From: Octopus sinensis
Taxonomy: Eukaryota
Direction of reading: 5' to 3'
DNA: 64,000 bases
Assembly: GCF_006345805.1 (NCBI RefSeq)
Contig: NC_043026.1
Span: 12,813,579-12,877,578, forward strand
The notes under the pieces are model-generated. The model made no database searches and was not told where the DNA came from. It saw nothing but the letters and a program-made list of their open reading frames with translations. Both the position numbers and the translations under genes were made by a program. Shown here piece after piece: positions 1-11,200 of the stretch. Numbering within the stretch: the first letter of the stretch is position 1; each line of letters starts with the position of its first letter.

Positions 1-110
1 ACACGTGACTTTGTTTACATTTCTGAAAATAAGAGAAACCCCCCCCCCCCATATATAAAAAAACCTCTTCAAATGTATCCGGTACTTTTGGTACTTATAC
101 CGAAGTTAGG
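1..110 (-). mobile_element. Fragment of the MITE family seen complete at 60245-60507, truncated by the window edge
   Basis: Bases 1-105 match the reverse complement of 60245-60380 (ACACGTGACTTTGTTTACAT, poly-C, ATATATAAAAAAAC, AAATGTATCCGGTAC, GGTACTTATACCG). Confidence 0.55.
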
Positions 111-271
111 CCAAATTGTTTACCTTGAGTGCGCGCACCTACACCACTTTTCTTAAATAGTACCCATCTGTTCTTTGGTGAAACTTAGTCTAACTTTGGA
201 AGATTCTGCTCAACATCGCTCACTGAAGCGTAGTGTTGTGTGCTCTGGGGGAGGAAAGCAATCCGAATTAG

Positions 272-750
272 ATATGACCAGAGAAGCTAGAGAGACGGGG
301 GCGACAGAAAGGAAGGCCACAGTACCTCAGGACCCACAAAGTGTAAAGATGAAAACCTGGTCATCTTCGAAGAAAGGAAGGGCGGAACCGAATACTCGAT
401 ACACGGTGTAAGTATTCCCGGATTTCTGGAAGCCGGATAAAAAATCCGGCACGTACGATCGATCGATAGATAGGTGTGGATATCTTACCTGTTATGCTTT
501 ACAAATCAATATGACCAGAGAAGCTAAAGAGACGGGGGCGGCAGCAAGGAAGGCCACAGTCCCTCAGGACCCACAAAGTGTAAAGATGAAAACCTGGTCA
601 TCTTCGAAGAAAGGAAGGGCGGAACCGAATACTCGATACACGGTGTAAGTATTCCCGGATTTCTGGAAGCCGGATAAAAAATCCGGCACGTACGATCGAT
701 CGATAGATAGGTGTGGATATCTTACCTGTTATGCTACACAAATCAATATT
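272..750. repeat. Tandem duplication, period 237 bp
   Basis: ATATGACCAGAGAAGCT... starts at 272 and again at 509. The two copies are nearly identical. Confidence 0.9.
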
Positions 751-960
751 TAGAGTGAAAATATATTTACTCAAACCCAAATCTCCGTCAAGACATACAA
801 AAACACGTTACGGTTCTTCTCCCGCGTCAGGCAGGATGTAGCGGAAACGGAAGTGTGGGGTGTCATGTGACGAACGTAATCCGCCCGTTCTCTACTAAAT
901 AAAACCAATAATGTCAAGATCAGGTGGGGAGGAAGAAATAATATTTTGATGCAAATCACC
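720..960 (-). promoter_or_regulatory. Candidate promoter and first-exon donor of a gene running leftward out of the window
   Basis: Locally CpG-rich. ETS-like CGGAAGTG at 848-855, CCAAT at 905-909, and a minus-strand donor CAG|GTAAGA with GT at 725-724. Confidence 0.3.
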
Positions 961-1065
961 ATGGTTACCGTGGTTAATATCTCGGCTGTGATAAACGAAT
1001 GTTCATTATTGTTACCGTTGGCCTTGCTGACGATATTTTAAAAGATGGGATCTTTTCCGTTTGAC

Positions 1066-1442
1066 CGGCAGTTTTTAAAAATAATTTCCACCTAACTAAA
1101 CACTTTCAAACTTCGTTTTCTGGTAGAATGTGTTTATAAAACATCTTTTTCTCTTGGCTTTATTGAGAAAATTCTATAGTTTGTAAGATATTTGTTGTTG
1201 TTTTTTTCTCCAATTTCTGCAATTTCAACCAATCAATGACGTCTATTGAGGTGAAAACATTCTGTGCCGTATGAATATGTCCCTCGTTTAAGAAACTGAT
1301 TGGGTTTATTTACATTTCTGAAGAAAAAAAGATACCCTTCCCCCCACCCCTAACCCTAAAAGAGATTGAAATGCAATAGATCGTTTCAAGGGTCATAATT
1401 ATGGGTGACAATTTCATATGACACCGCTAGAAAAAACTGCCG
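1066..1442. mobile_element. Probable MITE with 11-bp TIRs
   Basis: CGGCAGTTTTT at 1066-1076 and AAAAACTGCCG at 1432-1442. Internal CCCCTAACCCTAA and TTTACATTTCTGAAG motifs are shared with the 60245 MITE. No clear TSD. Confidence 0.5.
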
Positions 1443-1937
1443 TAAATAATATTTAATCAACTTATCCATTCTGTAGCTTTTAACTAATACATTGTTCCTA
1501 CACCTGTATTTGTCTTTTTTTTTTTTTTTGTAAATTTGAACCATATACCTGTTTGTGTGATTGGATGGATGCATGGACGGACGAACAGACAGTCTCTCTA
1601 CAGAAAGAGAGTGTTACTTTTCACTCGCAACCACTTTTATTAAATAGGATCATATTCGGAATAGGCAGAGTGAATGCAGAAAGAAGTAGGAGCACCTGAT
1701 TTTAATTTGTGATAAAACAAGATAACAATCCTTAATTGTAAGTCATGCTCAGTTTTCTTAAAATAACAAGTCACCAGAAAATAAATGGAATAAACTGATA
1801 TTATCAAATGGTACGGCGACACCTGACAAGTAAACAATCCCATGGGGTAAACAATGTTGTCAAATGGTGCCAGCTCACTCGAGGGGTCAGTCACGCTGTC
1901 CATTGATGTTATTCAACATTAATATTGGCTTACACAC

Positions 1938-3548
1938 TCATGTTTTGTAATTAATCTTCTTTCCTCTAGAGTGAATTTGTTTATGTCTTTTTAAATGATT
2001 ATTTCTGTTGAATGATTTCCCACACACTTCACAGTGATATGGCCTTTCTCCGGTGTGGCTAAGTTTGTGGGCAATTAGACTAGAATTAGCACAGAAGGAT
2101 TTCCCACATATCTCACAGTGATAAGGCTTTTCGCCGGTGTGGATTCGTTGGTGAGTAGTCAGATCTCTACTGGTCGCAAAACACTTCCCACACACGTCAC
2201 AACTGAAAGGCCTTTCTCCAGAGTGCGTCCTTTTGTGTCTGTTTAAATCACTGTTGTTGACAAAAGATTTCTCACACATTTCACAGCGGAAAGGCTTTTC
2301 TCCAGAATGTATCAGCTTGTGTTTTGTTAAATTACTGTTGGAGGCAAAAGATTTCCCACAGATCTCGCAATAAAATGGCTTTTCTCCAGTGTGACTACGA
2401 ATGTGTAAAATGAGATAAGAGTTATTTATGTAAGACTTGCCACATATTTCACAGTGAAACAGTTTTTCACCAGTGTGTGATATTTTATGTGTTTTTAATT
2501 GACTTTTAGTAGTAAATGATTTTTCACAAATCTCACAGGCGAAAGGTTTTTCTCCAATATGACTACGTATGTGTATTACAAGAGAAGAGTTATTTATGTA
2601 AGATTTACCACAGATTTCACAGTGAAATGGCTTTTCCCCAGTGTGACTAATTTTATGAGTTTTTAAGTGACTGTTAGTAATAAAACATTTCCCACAGATT
2701 TCACAGTGGAAAGGTTTATCTCCAGAGTGGATTCGTTTGTGTCTGTTTACATAACTATTATCAACAAAGGACTTTCCGCAGATTTCACAGCAATAAGGTT
2801 TTTCTCCAGTGTGGCTACGTTTGTGGACTACAAGACGAGAATTATTAAGAAATGATTTCCCACAGATTTCACATTTAAACAGTTTCTCTTTAATATGCTT
2901 TCTTCTGTGTGCTGCTAAATCGCTATTATCAACAAAACACTTTTCACACATTTCACAATAAAACGGTTTTCCTCCACTGTGCATTCGTCTATGTTTTGTT
3001 AAATTCCTCTTATAGACGAATGATTCCCCACAGATTTCACAATGAAAAGGTTTCTCACCTGTGTGAATTCTTCTGTGAACTCCAAGGTTGGAATTTTCAG
3101 AGAAGCACTTCCCACATATTTCACAACTATACGGTTTTTCCCCTGTGTGGACTCTCATATGAACTCCAAGATTAGAATTATCAGAGAATGATTTGCCACA
3201 GATTTCACAGCGGAAAGGTTTCTCTCCATTGTGGATTCTGGTATGTTTTGTTAATTTACTTTTAGAAACAAAATATTTCTCACAAATATCACAATGGAAC
3301 TGTTCTTCCTTCTTGTGTATTTCTCTGTGCGAGATGACCTCCTCTTCTGAAGAGAATATCTTCCTACAAATCTCACAGAAATATTCAGGAACATTTTTCT
3401 CTACAACTTTCTCATCCCCGTCTGTCTCTCTAACTGTATCTATATTGTTAATAACAGTTGTGCTAGAAATATCCAAATCATCAACGTTCTCCATATCAAT
3501 TCTTGAACAATTCTTAAAGCTGACAAATGTCTGTGAGTCAATCTCCAA
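1938..3548 (-). CDS. C2H2 zinc-finger protein (ZNF1 here), 17 fingers, short acidic N-terminus; the real start may be the second ATG at 3494
   Basis: 536-aa ORF with C-x2-C-x12-H-x3-H repeats and TGEKP linkers. MENVDD at 3494 aligns with the MENVDH start of the inverted paralog. Confidence 0.93.
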   Translation of the reverse strand: MEIDSQTFVSFKNCSRIDMENVDDLDISSTTVINNIDTVRETDGDEKVVEKNVPEYFCEICRKIFSSEEEVISHREIHKKEEQFHCDICEKYFVSKSKLTKHTRIHNGEKPFRCEICGKSFSDNSNLGVHMRVHTGEKPYSCEICGKCFSENSNLGVHRRIHTGEKPFHCEICGESFVYKRNLTKHRRMHSGGKPFYCEMCEKCFVDNSDLAAHRRKHIKEKLFKCEICGKSFLNNSRLVVHKRSHTGEKPYCCEICGKSFVDNSYVNRHKRIHSGDKPFHCEICGKCFITNSHLKTHKISHTGEKPFHCEICGKSYINNSSLVIHIRSHIGEKPFACEICEKSFTTKSQLKTHKISHTGEKLFHCEICGKSYINNSYLILHIRSHTGEKPFYCEICGKSFASNSNLTKHKLIHSGEKPFRCEMCEKSFVNNSDLNRHKRTHSGERPFSCDVCGKCFATSRDLTTHQRIHTGEKPYHCEICGKSFCANSSLIAHKLSHTGERPYHCEVCGKSFNRNNHLKRHKQIHSRGKKINYKT

Positions 3549-5051
3549 TGGTTCAGTTTCTTGTCTTAGATATCACAGGCCTATGTTTACATGTAAGGAA
3601 CAGATGTAACGTAGATATATTTTCTACTCACCAGTAAAATGTTTTATTGCTGACTGGGTCAATTCCATGTGGTTCACATATCGATGTAGACAAAGACTTT
3701 CTATTTCCTAATTAGAAATTAAAGGAATGACTGTAGCACCTCGGCGAAATTTGAGAGATGCTGTAATGAAGCGACCATTTAGCATTACTCAAAAGCATGA
3801 AAATATATGAATGTCTAACAGCGATGACGAACCAAGAAAATAAGTGTGTGAGTGTGTATATAATATTTTACTCGATAAATAAGTGTGTATATGCATAGAC
3901 AGGTACAAGTATTGTCCAATAAATGAGGATTGCTTCCGAGGAATAACCGAATAATATAACAATAGAATAAATGTTTTCAGCTTGAGGGATGAGAAAAGTT
4001 CATGGATTGATTAGTTGCTGATTAAAAACCAATTAAAGTTGTGATCAAACGAAACATTTAATCACGAAGGTGATGGACCAGCGACCCGAAGCATCTAGAT
4101 CGCCCTATCTTATCCACAAACTTTAACGTTCGCCTTACCACGAGATAATTACTACACATCATGTAATTAGATTCACACAAATAATTAGCAACACAAGGAG
4201 ACGGTGTCGTTGATAATTTCCCCCTCGTTTGAATGACACCGGTGATGTACTTTAAAAGTTTCTGACGTAATATAGTTCTTTTTTTTTTTTTGACAGAAAT
4301 TCCGATACAATCGTAATCTATATCTGAAAGGTATTTGTGGAAATTTTGGATCATAAAATTCCTTGATGTAAAGATCTTTACACGCAATCTGTTGACAAAG
4401 GCAAAGACACTAACCATAAAATATGTTGATAGATAAACGTTTAACCATACAAAAATGCACACACACACACACACACGCGGTCTATCTTACAGACTGTTCA
4501 AGAAACACAAGCATACATGTTCTCGTTCTCCCTCTCTTTTTCACACACACATTTCCATCTATCTTCGTGGTAAGATGTTTTAAATGTATTAAATTATGTT
4601 GGGAACTTTTAATATACGTCACCGGTGTAATTCAAAACAAGGAAAAATTATCAATGACACCGCCCACTGTGTCTCTAATTAGTTGAGCCTAATTTTATTA
4701 AGACGCGATGTAGTAATTATCTCGCGATAAGGAGAACATTAATGTTTGTGTATAAAATTGGGCGAACTATATTTGATCACAGCCTTCGTTAATTGGTCGT
4801 TCCCTGTTTTACAGGAAAGAGGAAATGGCTTTTAATCAACAACAAATCAATCAACGAACTTACCTCAGCTTTCCTTACTTTTCATTTGGACTTTATACCA
4901 AACATTCTACTGGTGAGTAGGAAATACATCTACATTGCATCTGTTCCACACTTGTAAACGGAGGACTGTGATATCTAAGACAAGAAATTGAACCATAACA
5001 GATTAACGCACGGACGTTTGTCTACTTTTTAAGAATTCCTCAAGAAATAAT
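3549..5051. promoter_or_regulatory. Shared divergent promoter region built from an inverted duplication
   Basis: 3549-3640 mirrors 4900-5050, 3980-4050 mirrors 4770-4870, and 4108-4260 mirrors 4600-4755. Both arms carry TG|GTGAGT donors and TTTAAG acceptors. Confidence 0.65.
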
Positions 5052-6419
5052 ATGGAGAACGTTGATCACTTGGACACAATTGTTTTGAACGATACAGATA
5101 CAGATCGAGAGACAGATGGAGATGAGAATGTAGAGAAAAATATTCCTGAATATCGCTGTGAGATTTGTAGAAAGACATTCTCTTCAGAAGATGAAGTCGT
5201 CACACACAAAGAAATACACAGGAAGGAAAAACCGTTTCATTGTGAAATATGTGGTAAATATTTTGCCTCAAACTGTTATTTAATAAGTCACAGAAGAATT
5301 CATACTGGAGAGAAACCATTCCGTTGCGAGATCTGTGGGAAATCTTTTACTCAGAATTCGAATCTTTTAGTTCACAAAAAAATACATAGTGGGGAAAAAG
5401 CGTTCCATTGCGAATCCTGTGGGAAATCTTTTGCTCAGAACGGTCATCTTGTCAACCACATACGCAGTCACACGGGAGAAAAAGCCTTCCACTGTGAAAT
5501 TTGTGGGAAATCTTTCTCTCAGAATGGTCATCGGGTGAAGCACATTCGTCGCCACACTGGAGAAAAACCCTTTAGTTGTGACATATGTGGTAAATCCTTT
5601 TCTGATAATTCCAGTGTTGTAGTTCACAAACGTAGCCACACGGGAGAGAAACCGTTTCATTGTAAAATCTGCGAGAAATCATTTGTTTCTCATGGAAGTT
5701 TAACAAAGCACAATATAATACACTCTGGAAAGAAACAATTTCACTGTGAAATCTGTGGTAAATCTTTTAATCAGAATTCACATCTTGTTAGTCACAAACG
5801 TAGTCACACTGGCGAAAAATCCTTCCATTGTGACATATGTGGAAAATCTTTCGCTCAGAATTCTCGTCTTGTTATCCACACACGTAGCCATACCGGAGAA
5901 AAACCTTTTCACTGTGAAATTTGTGGTAAATCATTCTGTGACCATTCTAGTCTTGTAGTTCACAAACGTAACCACACCGGAGAAAAACCGTATTGCTGTG
6001 ATACATGCGGGAAATCATTCGTTTCAAACAGTATTTTAACAAAACACAAAATGGTACACACTGGGGAAAAGCGGTTTCCTTGTGAAATATGTGGAAGACC
6101 TTTCATTAATAATCCAAGCCTTCTTAATCACAAACGTATTCATACAGGAGAAAAAGCCTTCCACTGCAAAATTTGTGGAAGATCTTTCACTCAGAATTCC
6201 CATCTTGCTATCCATACTCGTAGTCACACTGGAGAGAAACCCTTCCATTGTGAGACATGTGGTAAATCATTCTCTGATAAATCTTGTCTTGTAATTCACA
6301 AACGAAGCCATACTGGAGAAAAACCATTTCACTGTGAGATATGCCAGAAATCTTTTGTCTCCAACAGTAGTTTAACAAAACACAAACAAATACACGCAAG
6401 AGAAAAACTTTCCTTGTGA
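5052..6419 (+). CDS. C2H2 zinc-finger protein (ZNF2 here), 15 fingers
   Basis: 455-aa ORF with 15 canonical fingers. The N-terminus (ETDGDE...EKNIPEY.CEICRK.FSSE.EV) is homologous to ZNF1. Confidence 0.93.
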   Translation: MENVDHLDTIVLNDTDTDRETDGDENVEKNIPEYRCEICRKTFSSEDEVVTHKEIHRKEKPFHCEICGKYFASNCYLISHRRIHTGEKPFRCEICGKSFTQNSNLLVHKKIHSGEKAFHCESCGKSFAQNGHLVNHIRSHTGEKAFHCEICGKSFSQNGHRVKHIRRHTGEKPFSCDICGKSFSDNSSVVVHKRSHTGEKPFHCKICEKSFVSHGSLTKHNIIHSGKKQFHCEICGKSFNQNSHLVSHKRSHTGEKSFHCDICGKSFAQNSRLVIHTRSHTGEKPFHCEICGKSFCDHSSLVVHKRNHTGEKPYCCDTCGKSFVSNSILTKHKMVHTGEKRFPCEICGRPFINNPSLLNHKRIHTGEKAFHCKICGRSFTQNSHLAIHTRSHTGEKPFHCETCGKSFSDKSCLVIHKRSHTGEKPFHCEICQKSFVSNSSLTKHKQIHAREKLSL

Positions 6420-6648
6420 AATGTGTAAGACTAGGGAAGAAAAAAAAGAAATTTATTTCTGTTTAGCTTTGTGTATACATACACTACATGTGTGTACATG
6501 TTGTGTTGGTGTATACATATTTGTTTATCCAATTTGGAAAAATGGAAGCAGATGTAAGACGTGTCATGGGACTTTTATGTTAAATACTGCTTTTGCTGTT
6601 GAAACTTTTGTCAAGAATCACGAGGCGTTCATAATTATGATACATATC

Positions 6649-6854
6649 TCTTTTACTGTTTTACTTGTTTCAGTCATTTGACTGCGGCCATGCTGGAGCA
6701 CCGCCTTTAGTCGAGCAAATCGACCCCCGAGACTTATTCTTTGTAAGCCCAGTACTTATTCTATCGGTCTCCTTTTGCCGAACCGCTAAGTGACGGGGAC
6801 GTGAACACACCAGCATCGGTTGTCAAGCAATGATAGGTGGACAAACACATACAC

Positions 6855-6907
<53 letters not shown>

Positions 6908-7077
6908 CATGTATACGACAGGCTTCTTTCAGCTTCCGTCTACCAAATCCACTCACAAGGCATTGGTCGGCCTGGGGCTCTAACAGAAGACACTTGCCCA
7001 AGATGCCATGCAGTGGGACTGAACCCGGAACCATGTGGCTGGTTAGCAAGCTACTTACCACACAGCCACTCCTGCGC
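6649..7077 (-). mobile_element. tRNA-derived SINE, family A (full length)
   Basis: Reverse complement of the copy at 17401-17822. Head has A/B-box-like TGGCTGTGTGGT and GGTTCAGTCCC, a central (TA/CA)n tract, and an (AGTAAA)-type tail. Confidence 0.85.
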
Positions 7078-7289
7078 ATATATCATAAGCATCAAAATGA
7101 GAAGAGGACAAATACTATTATTTGATAAAGCCTTTTATTTTCGTTGTTACACTGTAAGACACAACTTCATTTAGTAGTTGTTATATAAGGATTATTTGCA
7201 GCTCTGTTATCCATTCTGTAGGTGGCTAATGTCATCTTCTGTTGACTGCTAGAAGCAGAGGAATAAAATAAGAAAAAGGGAAAAAAAAA

Positions 7290-7545
7290 ATCAATTGAAC
7301 ACCAAGTGTCTCGGTTGGTTGCACAAAACAAGGTACAATGGAACCTACTGAAGCAAGCGAATACCCTTGCGATATTATCGTGGGTAATGGCAACACGAAG
7401 ATGTTGGAAAAGCCAAGGACCCTCGTGGGCATCTCTTGACACCTCGGTAAGGCGAGCTGCCAATGATGGCGAGAACTTCATTGTTAGCAGCTCAGCCCTT
7501 CCAAAAGATCCCAATGAAAATATAACTCAACCCCGCCCCCTCCCC
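7290..7545 (-). mobile_element. Degenerate 3' fragment of a CRE-like (restriction-endonuclease) non-LTR retrotransposon
   Basis: The translation LGSFG...LAARLTEVSRDAHEGPWLFQHLRVAITHDNIARV resembles the CRE-type RLE C-terminus pattern RL...TGD.RE..WL.QRLS.A.QRGNA. Confidence 0.5.
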
Positions 7546-7626
7546 TCTCTCTCACTGCAATTATAGCAATCTCCAGCAGACAGAGCTTATGTAAGAAGGC
7601 ATTCATCACTTACAGTCTCTTAGAAA

Positions 7627-8444
7627 AAAAAAGGGCTAGCTGGCAGAATCGTTAGAACACTGGGCGAAATGCGTAGTCGTATTTCGTCTGCCGTTACGTT
7701 CTGAGTTCAAATTCCGCCAAGGTCGACTTTGCCTTTCATCCTTTCGGGGTTGATAAATTAAGTACCAGTTACGCACCGGGGTCGATATAATCGACTTAAT
7801 CCCTTTGTCTGTCCTTGTTTGTCCCCTCCATGTTTAGCCCCTTGTGGGCAATAAATAAATAAGAAACGTTAGGACGCCAGGCGAAATGCTTAGCCGTATT
7901 TCGTCTGCCGTTACGTTCTGAGTTCAAATTCCGCCGAGGTCGACTTTGCCTTTCATCCTTTCGGGGTTGATAAATTAAGTACCAGTTACGCACCGGGGTC
8001 GATATAATCGACTTAATCCCTTTGTCTGTCCTTGTTTGTCCCCTCTATGTTTAGCCACTTGTGGGTAGTAAAGAAATAGGTATTTCGTCTGCCGTTACGT
8101 TCAGAGTTCAAATTCCGCCGAGGTCGACTTTGCCTTTCATCCTTTCGGGGTCAATAAATTAAGTACCAGTTACGCACTGGGGTCGATATAATCGACTTAA
8201 TCCCTTTGCCTGTCCTTGTTTGTCCCCTCTATGTTTAGCCACTTGTGGGTAGTAAAGAAATACGTATTTCGTCTGTCGTTACGTTCTGAGTTCAAATTCA
8301 GCCGAGGTCGACTTTGCCTTTCATCCTTCCGGGGTCGATAAATTAAGTACCTGTTACGCACTGGGGTCGATATAATCGACTTAATCCCTTTGTCTGTCCT
8401 TGTTTGTCCCCTCTATGTTTAGCCCCTTGTGGGTAGTAAAGAAA
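7627..8444 (+). mobile_element. Head-to-tail tetramer of SINE family B inside one 20-bp TSD
   Basis: Four units containing GAGTTCAAATTCCGCC and GCCTTTCATCCTTTCGGGGTCGATAAATTAAGTACC. Flanked by CACTTACAGTCTCTTAGAAA at 7607-7626 and 8445-8464. Confidence 0.88.
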
Positions 8445-8600
8445 CACTTACAGTCTCTTAGAAATGCACAAACAAATACACACCGAAGGAGAGTCTTGTA
8501 ACTGAAATATGAGGAATCGTTCTCCTACAATTCTAAAATTATCCACCAATCTGTACACATTGAAGAACATTTGGCCGAATTTTGGTTTAAGTACCCCAAG

Positions 8601-9190
8601 ATCATCATCATCATCATTGTTCGACCGTGGTCGAGACAATGGAATTTACCATGCTACGCCAGACTTCAAGGTCCATCATGGCATTACGGAGGTCCTGTTG
8701 CTGGATGCCTGTATCCCTGGAGATTACATCAGGGTAGGAGAGTGTGCGCCCTCTGGTATTGAGAGTAGATGGCTTCCAGAGGAGAAGAGTAGAAATTACC
8801 TCTTTTTCAGCTCTACAACAATGTCCAGCAAACTGGACTCTCTTACCTTTCACAAGAGATGACACAGGTGGTAGTTTCCCATATATTTGCATTTTGGTTG
8901 GTGCTTCCACGAAAGATTTTGAGCTCTGATAAGGAGGCGAGTGTAGGTTCCATCCAACCGCCTCTCAAGCTTCTTTGATAACGTCCAGGTTTCTGAGCCA
9001 TATAGTAGAATTGGTTCAACTGTGGCTTTGAAGATTTCAAGTTTGAAGTCTCTACTTAGATTTCATGACCAGATCTTATGCATGTCATTACAGGCTGACC
9101 AGGCCATACCCTTTCTAGTTAGAAAATCTTTTCCAGATGATGATATGTATGACCCAAGATATTTGTAATCAGAACCCCATATAACACTTC
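8601..9190 (-). mobile_element. 5'-truncated RTE-like LINE (C-terminal ORF2) with (TGA)n tail
   Basis: Minus-strand translations include DYKYLGSY, VEPILLY and YGKLPPVSSLVKGKRVQFAGHCCR...LLLWKP...DTG...WR. Tail at 8601-8616. Confidence 0.75.
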
Positions 9191-9407
9191 ATAGCTTTTT
9201 CTATTTTTGTAATCTTCACAAAGTTTTTGTGAATTTATCTTCTACACGAATAAATATGATTATAAAAAAAGTTTTTTTAAAATTTTTTAAACCTTTTTCC
9301 CTATGAGTTCCATTCTTTTCCACTAATTTGTTTTAAATGAGAGATTAAAATATGGAGAGTCTGAAATTTTTGCTTAAATCCCAGCAGTGGATCATGCTTA
9401 GTTGTAC

Positions 9408-9702
9408 CATCATCATCATCATCATCATCATCATCGTTTAACGTCCGTTTTCCATGCTAGCATGGGTTGGACGGTTTAACTGGGGTCTGGGAAGCCAGAA
9501 GGCTGCACCAGGCCCAGTCTGATCTGGCAGAGTTTCTACGGCTGGATGCCCTTCCTAACGCCAACCACTCCGTGAGTGTAGTGGATGCTTTTTGTGTGTC
9601 ACCGGCACAGGTGCCAGATGGGGCTGGCAAACGGCCACGATTGGATTGGTGCATTTTACGGGGGCCAGGCGAGGCTGGCACGGCCACAATCGGATGGTGC
9701 TT
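9408..9702 (-). mobile_element. Family C repeat (RTE 3'-end-related element with (ATG)n tail)
   Basis: (CAT)n-CGTTTAACGTCCGTTTTCCATGCTAGCATGGG...GGATGCCCTTCCTAACGCCAAC; same sequence as the 3' end of the RTE LINE at 33010-33410. Confidence 0.8.
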
Positions 9703-9884
9703 TGGGGAGAAAAAATTTTGAGTAGCATCCATACAGGTCAGAGTGACAAAGAAATGGGGAAAGTATCAGGTGGTCGTGAGATGTGCTTAAAACAACAGCT
9801 AAATCACCTTTCATAATCATGAATTCCCATGTGCTTGAGAAGAAGAGCAATTAAGCCAGTCGTAGCAGATACTGGTGTCATACA

Positions 9885-10061
9885 AATGGCCCCTGTGCCA
9901 GTGGCATGTAGAAGCACCCATTACACTCTTGGAGTGGTTGGCATTAGGAAGGGCATCCAGCTGTAGAAACACTGCCAGATCAGACTGGGGTCTGGTGCAG
10001 CCTTCCAGCCTTGGTCAAATTATCCAACACCTGCCAGTATGGACAACCAGTGTTAAATGAT
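9885..10061 (+). mobile_element. Family C repeat, partial
   Basis: GTGCCAGTGGCATGTA...GGAGTGGTTGGCATTAGGAAGGGCATCCAGCTGTAGAAAC. Confidence 0.7.
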
Positions 10062-10198
10062 TGTGTGTGTGTGTGGGGGGGGGGGTATAAAGGGTACTTA
10101 AAGCAGAATTCTGCTGAATATTTATTATATTGAAACAACATGTTTCACCATTCTGTTTGAATTTTCATGTGGTTGTTTACAAACCTCCTCTCGTTTAA

Positions 10199-11200
10199 CC
10201 CTTTTGTTTACCATATTTCTGTTGAGATGTTTTGTTTTTTTTTTTCAATTAGCTTTGAAGATAACTAAGAATTTAGTAAGTCGTTGCCAGTGCCGCCCCG
10301 ACTGGCTTCCGTGCCGGTGGCATGTAAAAAGCACCATCCGATCGTGGCCGTTGCCAGCCTCTCTTGGCCCCCCGTGCTGGTGGCATGTAAAAAGCACCAT
10401 CTGTCCGTGGCCGTTTGCTAGCCCCGTCTGGCACGTAAAAATCACCCACTACACTCACGGAGTGGTTGGCGTTAGGAAGGGCATCCAGCCGTAGAAACAT
10501 TGCCAGATCAGACTGGAGTCTGGTGCAGCCTTCTGGCTTCCCAGACCCCAGTTGAACCATCTAACCCATGCTAGCATGGAAAGCGGATGCTAAATGATGA
10601 TGATGATCAGCATTCAGCTAGTGTTGGGAACATAAGTTGTAACTAAGGTTTGGTGGAAGATTATATAAGGTAACGCCAGCTCCGCCACATGACTTTTAGA
10701 GGCTCTCTGCAACTTTTTGAGGCCCCATCCCTTCAATCAAAATTCATCATCGACGCACCTTTTATTCATAGCTATATTTTACTTTATTCTATTTGAAGTT
10801 CAATATTTCATGTTATCTGAAAGAACATCTCTAACCCTTTCGTTACTGTATTTATTTTGAGATCCTCTGTATTTCTTTCAATTACTTTAAATATAACAAA
10901 GAATTTAGTAAAAGAGCTTAGTTATCATTAAGCTAGTGTTAGGAACACAATTTGTAACTAAGGTTTGGTGGAAGATTTTAATTCAAAACTTATGAAAACA
11001 AGACATTTGTACTCAGAGCCAGAGGTGGTTTCCGCCGGGTTGGTATCAAAAGGGTTAAGAATTGTTTCTCTATTATATATTTTAACCCTTTTGTTACCAT
11101 ATTTCTGCTGAGATGCTCTGTGTTTCTTTCAATTAATTTTAAATATAACAAAGAATTTAGTAAAAGAGCTTAGTTATCATTAAGCTAGTCTTAGGAACAG
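10199..11200. mobile_element. Cluster of three piggyBac-like MITEs: 10199-10660 (interrupted by a family C copy at 10280-10607), 10835-11054 (complete), 11086-11200 (partial)
   Basis: Ends read (T/C)TAA|CCCTTTYGTTAC ... GTATCAAAAGGG|TTAA. The body is shared with 53319-53498. Confidence 0.75.

Noticed and set aside
430-448. GCCGGAT...ATCCGGC hairpin resembling an enterobacterial REP element
   Set aside because: Only a 7-bp stem, no REP consensus beyond it, and a eukaryotic context.
2667-6399. Antisense and alternate-frame ORFs over the ZNF genes (also 46287-46592 and 58351-58665)
   Set aside because: By-products of the repetitive finger codons.
7627-8444. SINE B multimers as hammerhead retrozymes
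   Set aside because: No CUGANGA...GAAA core found on either strand of the unit.
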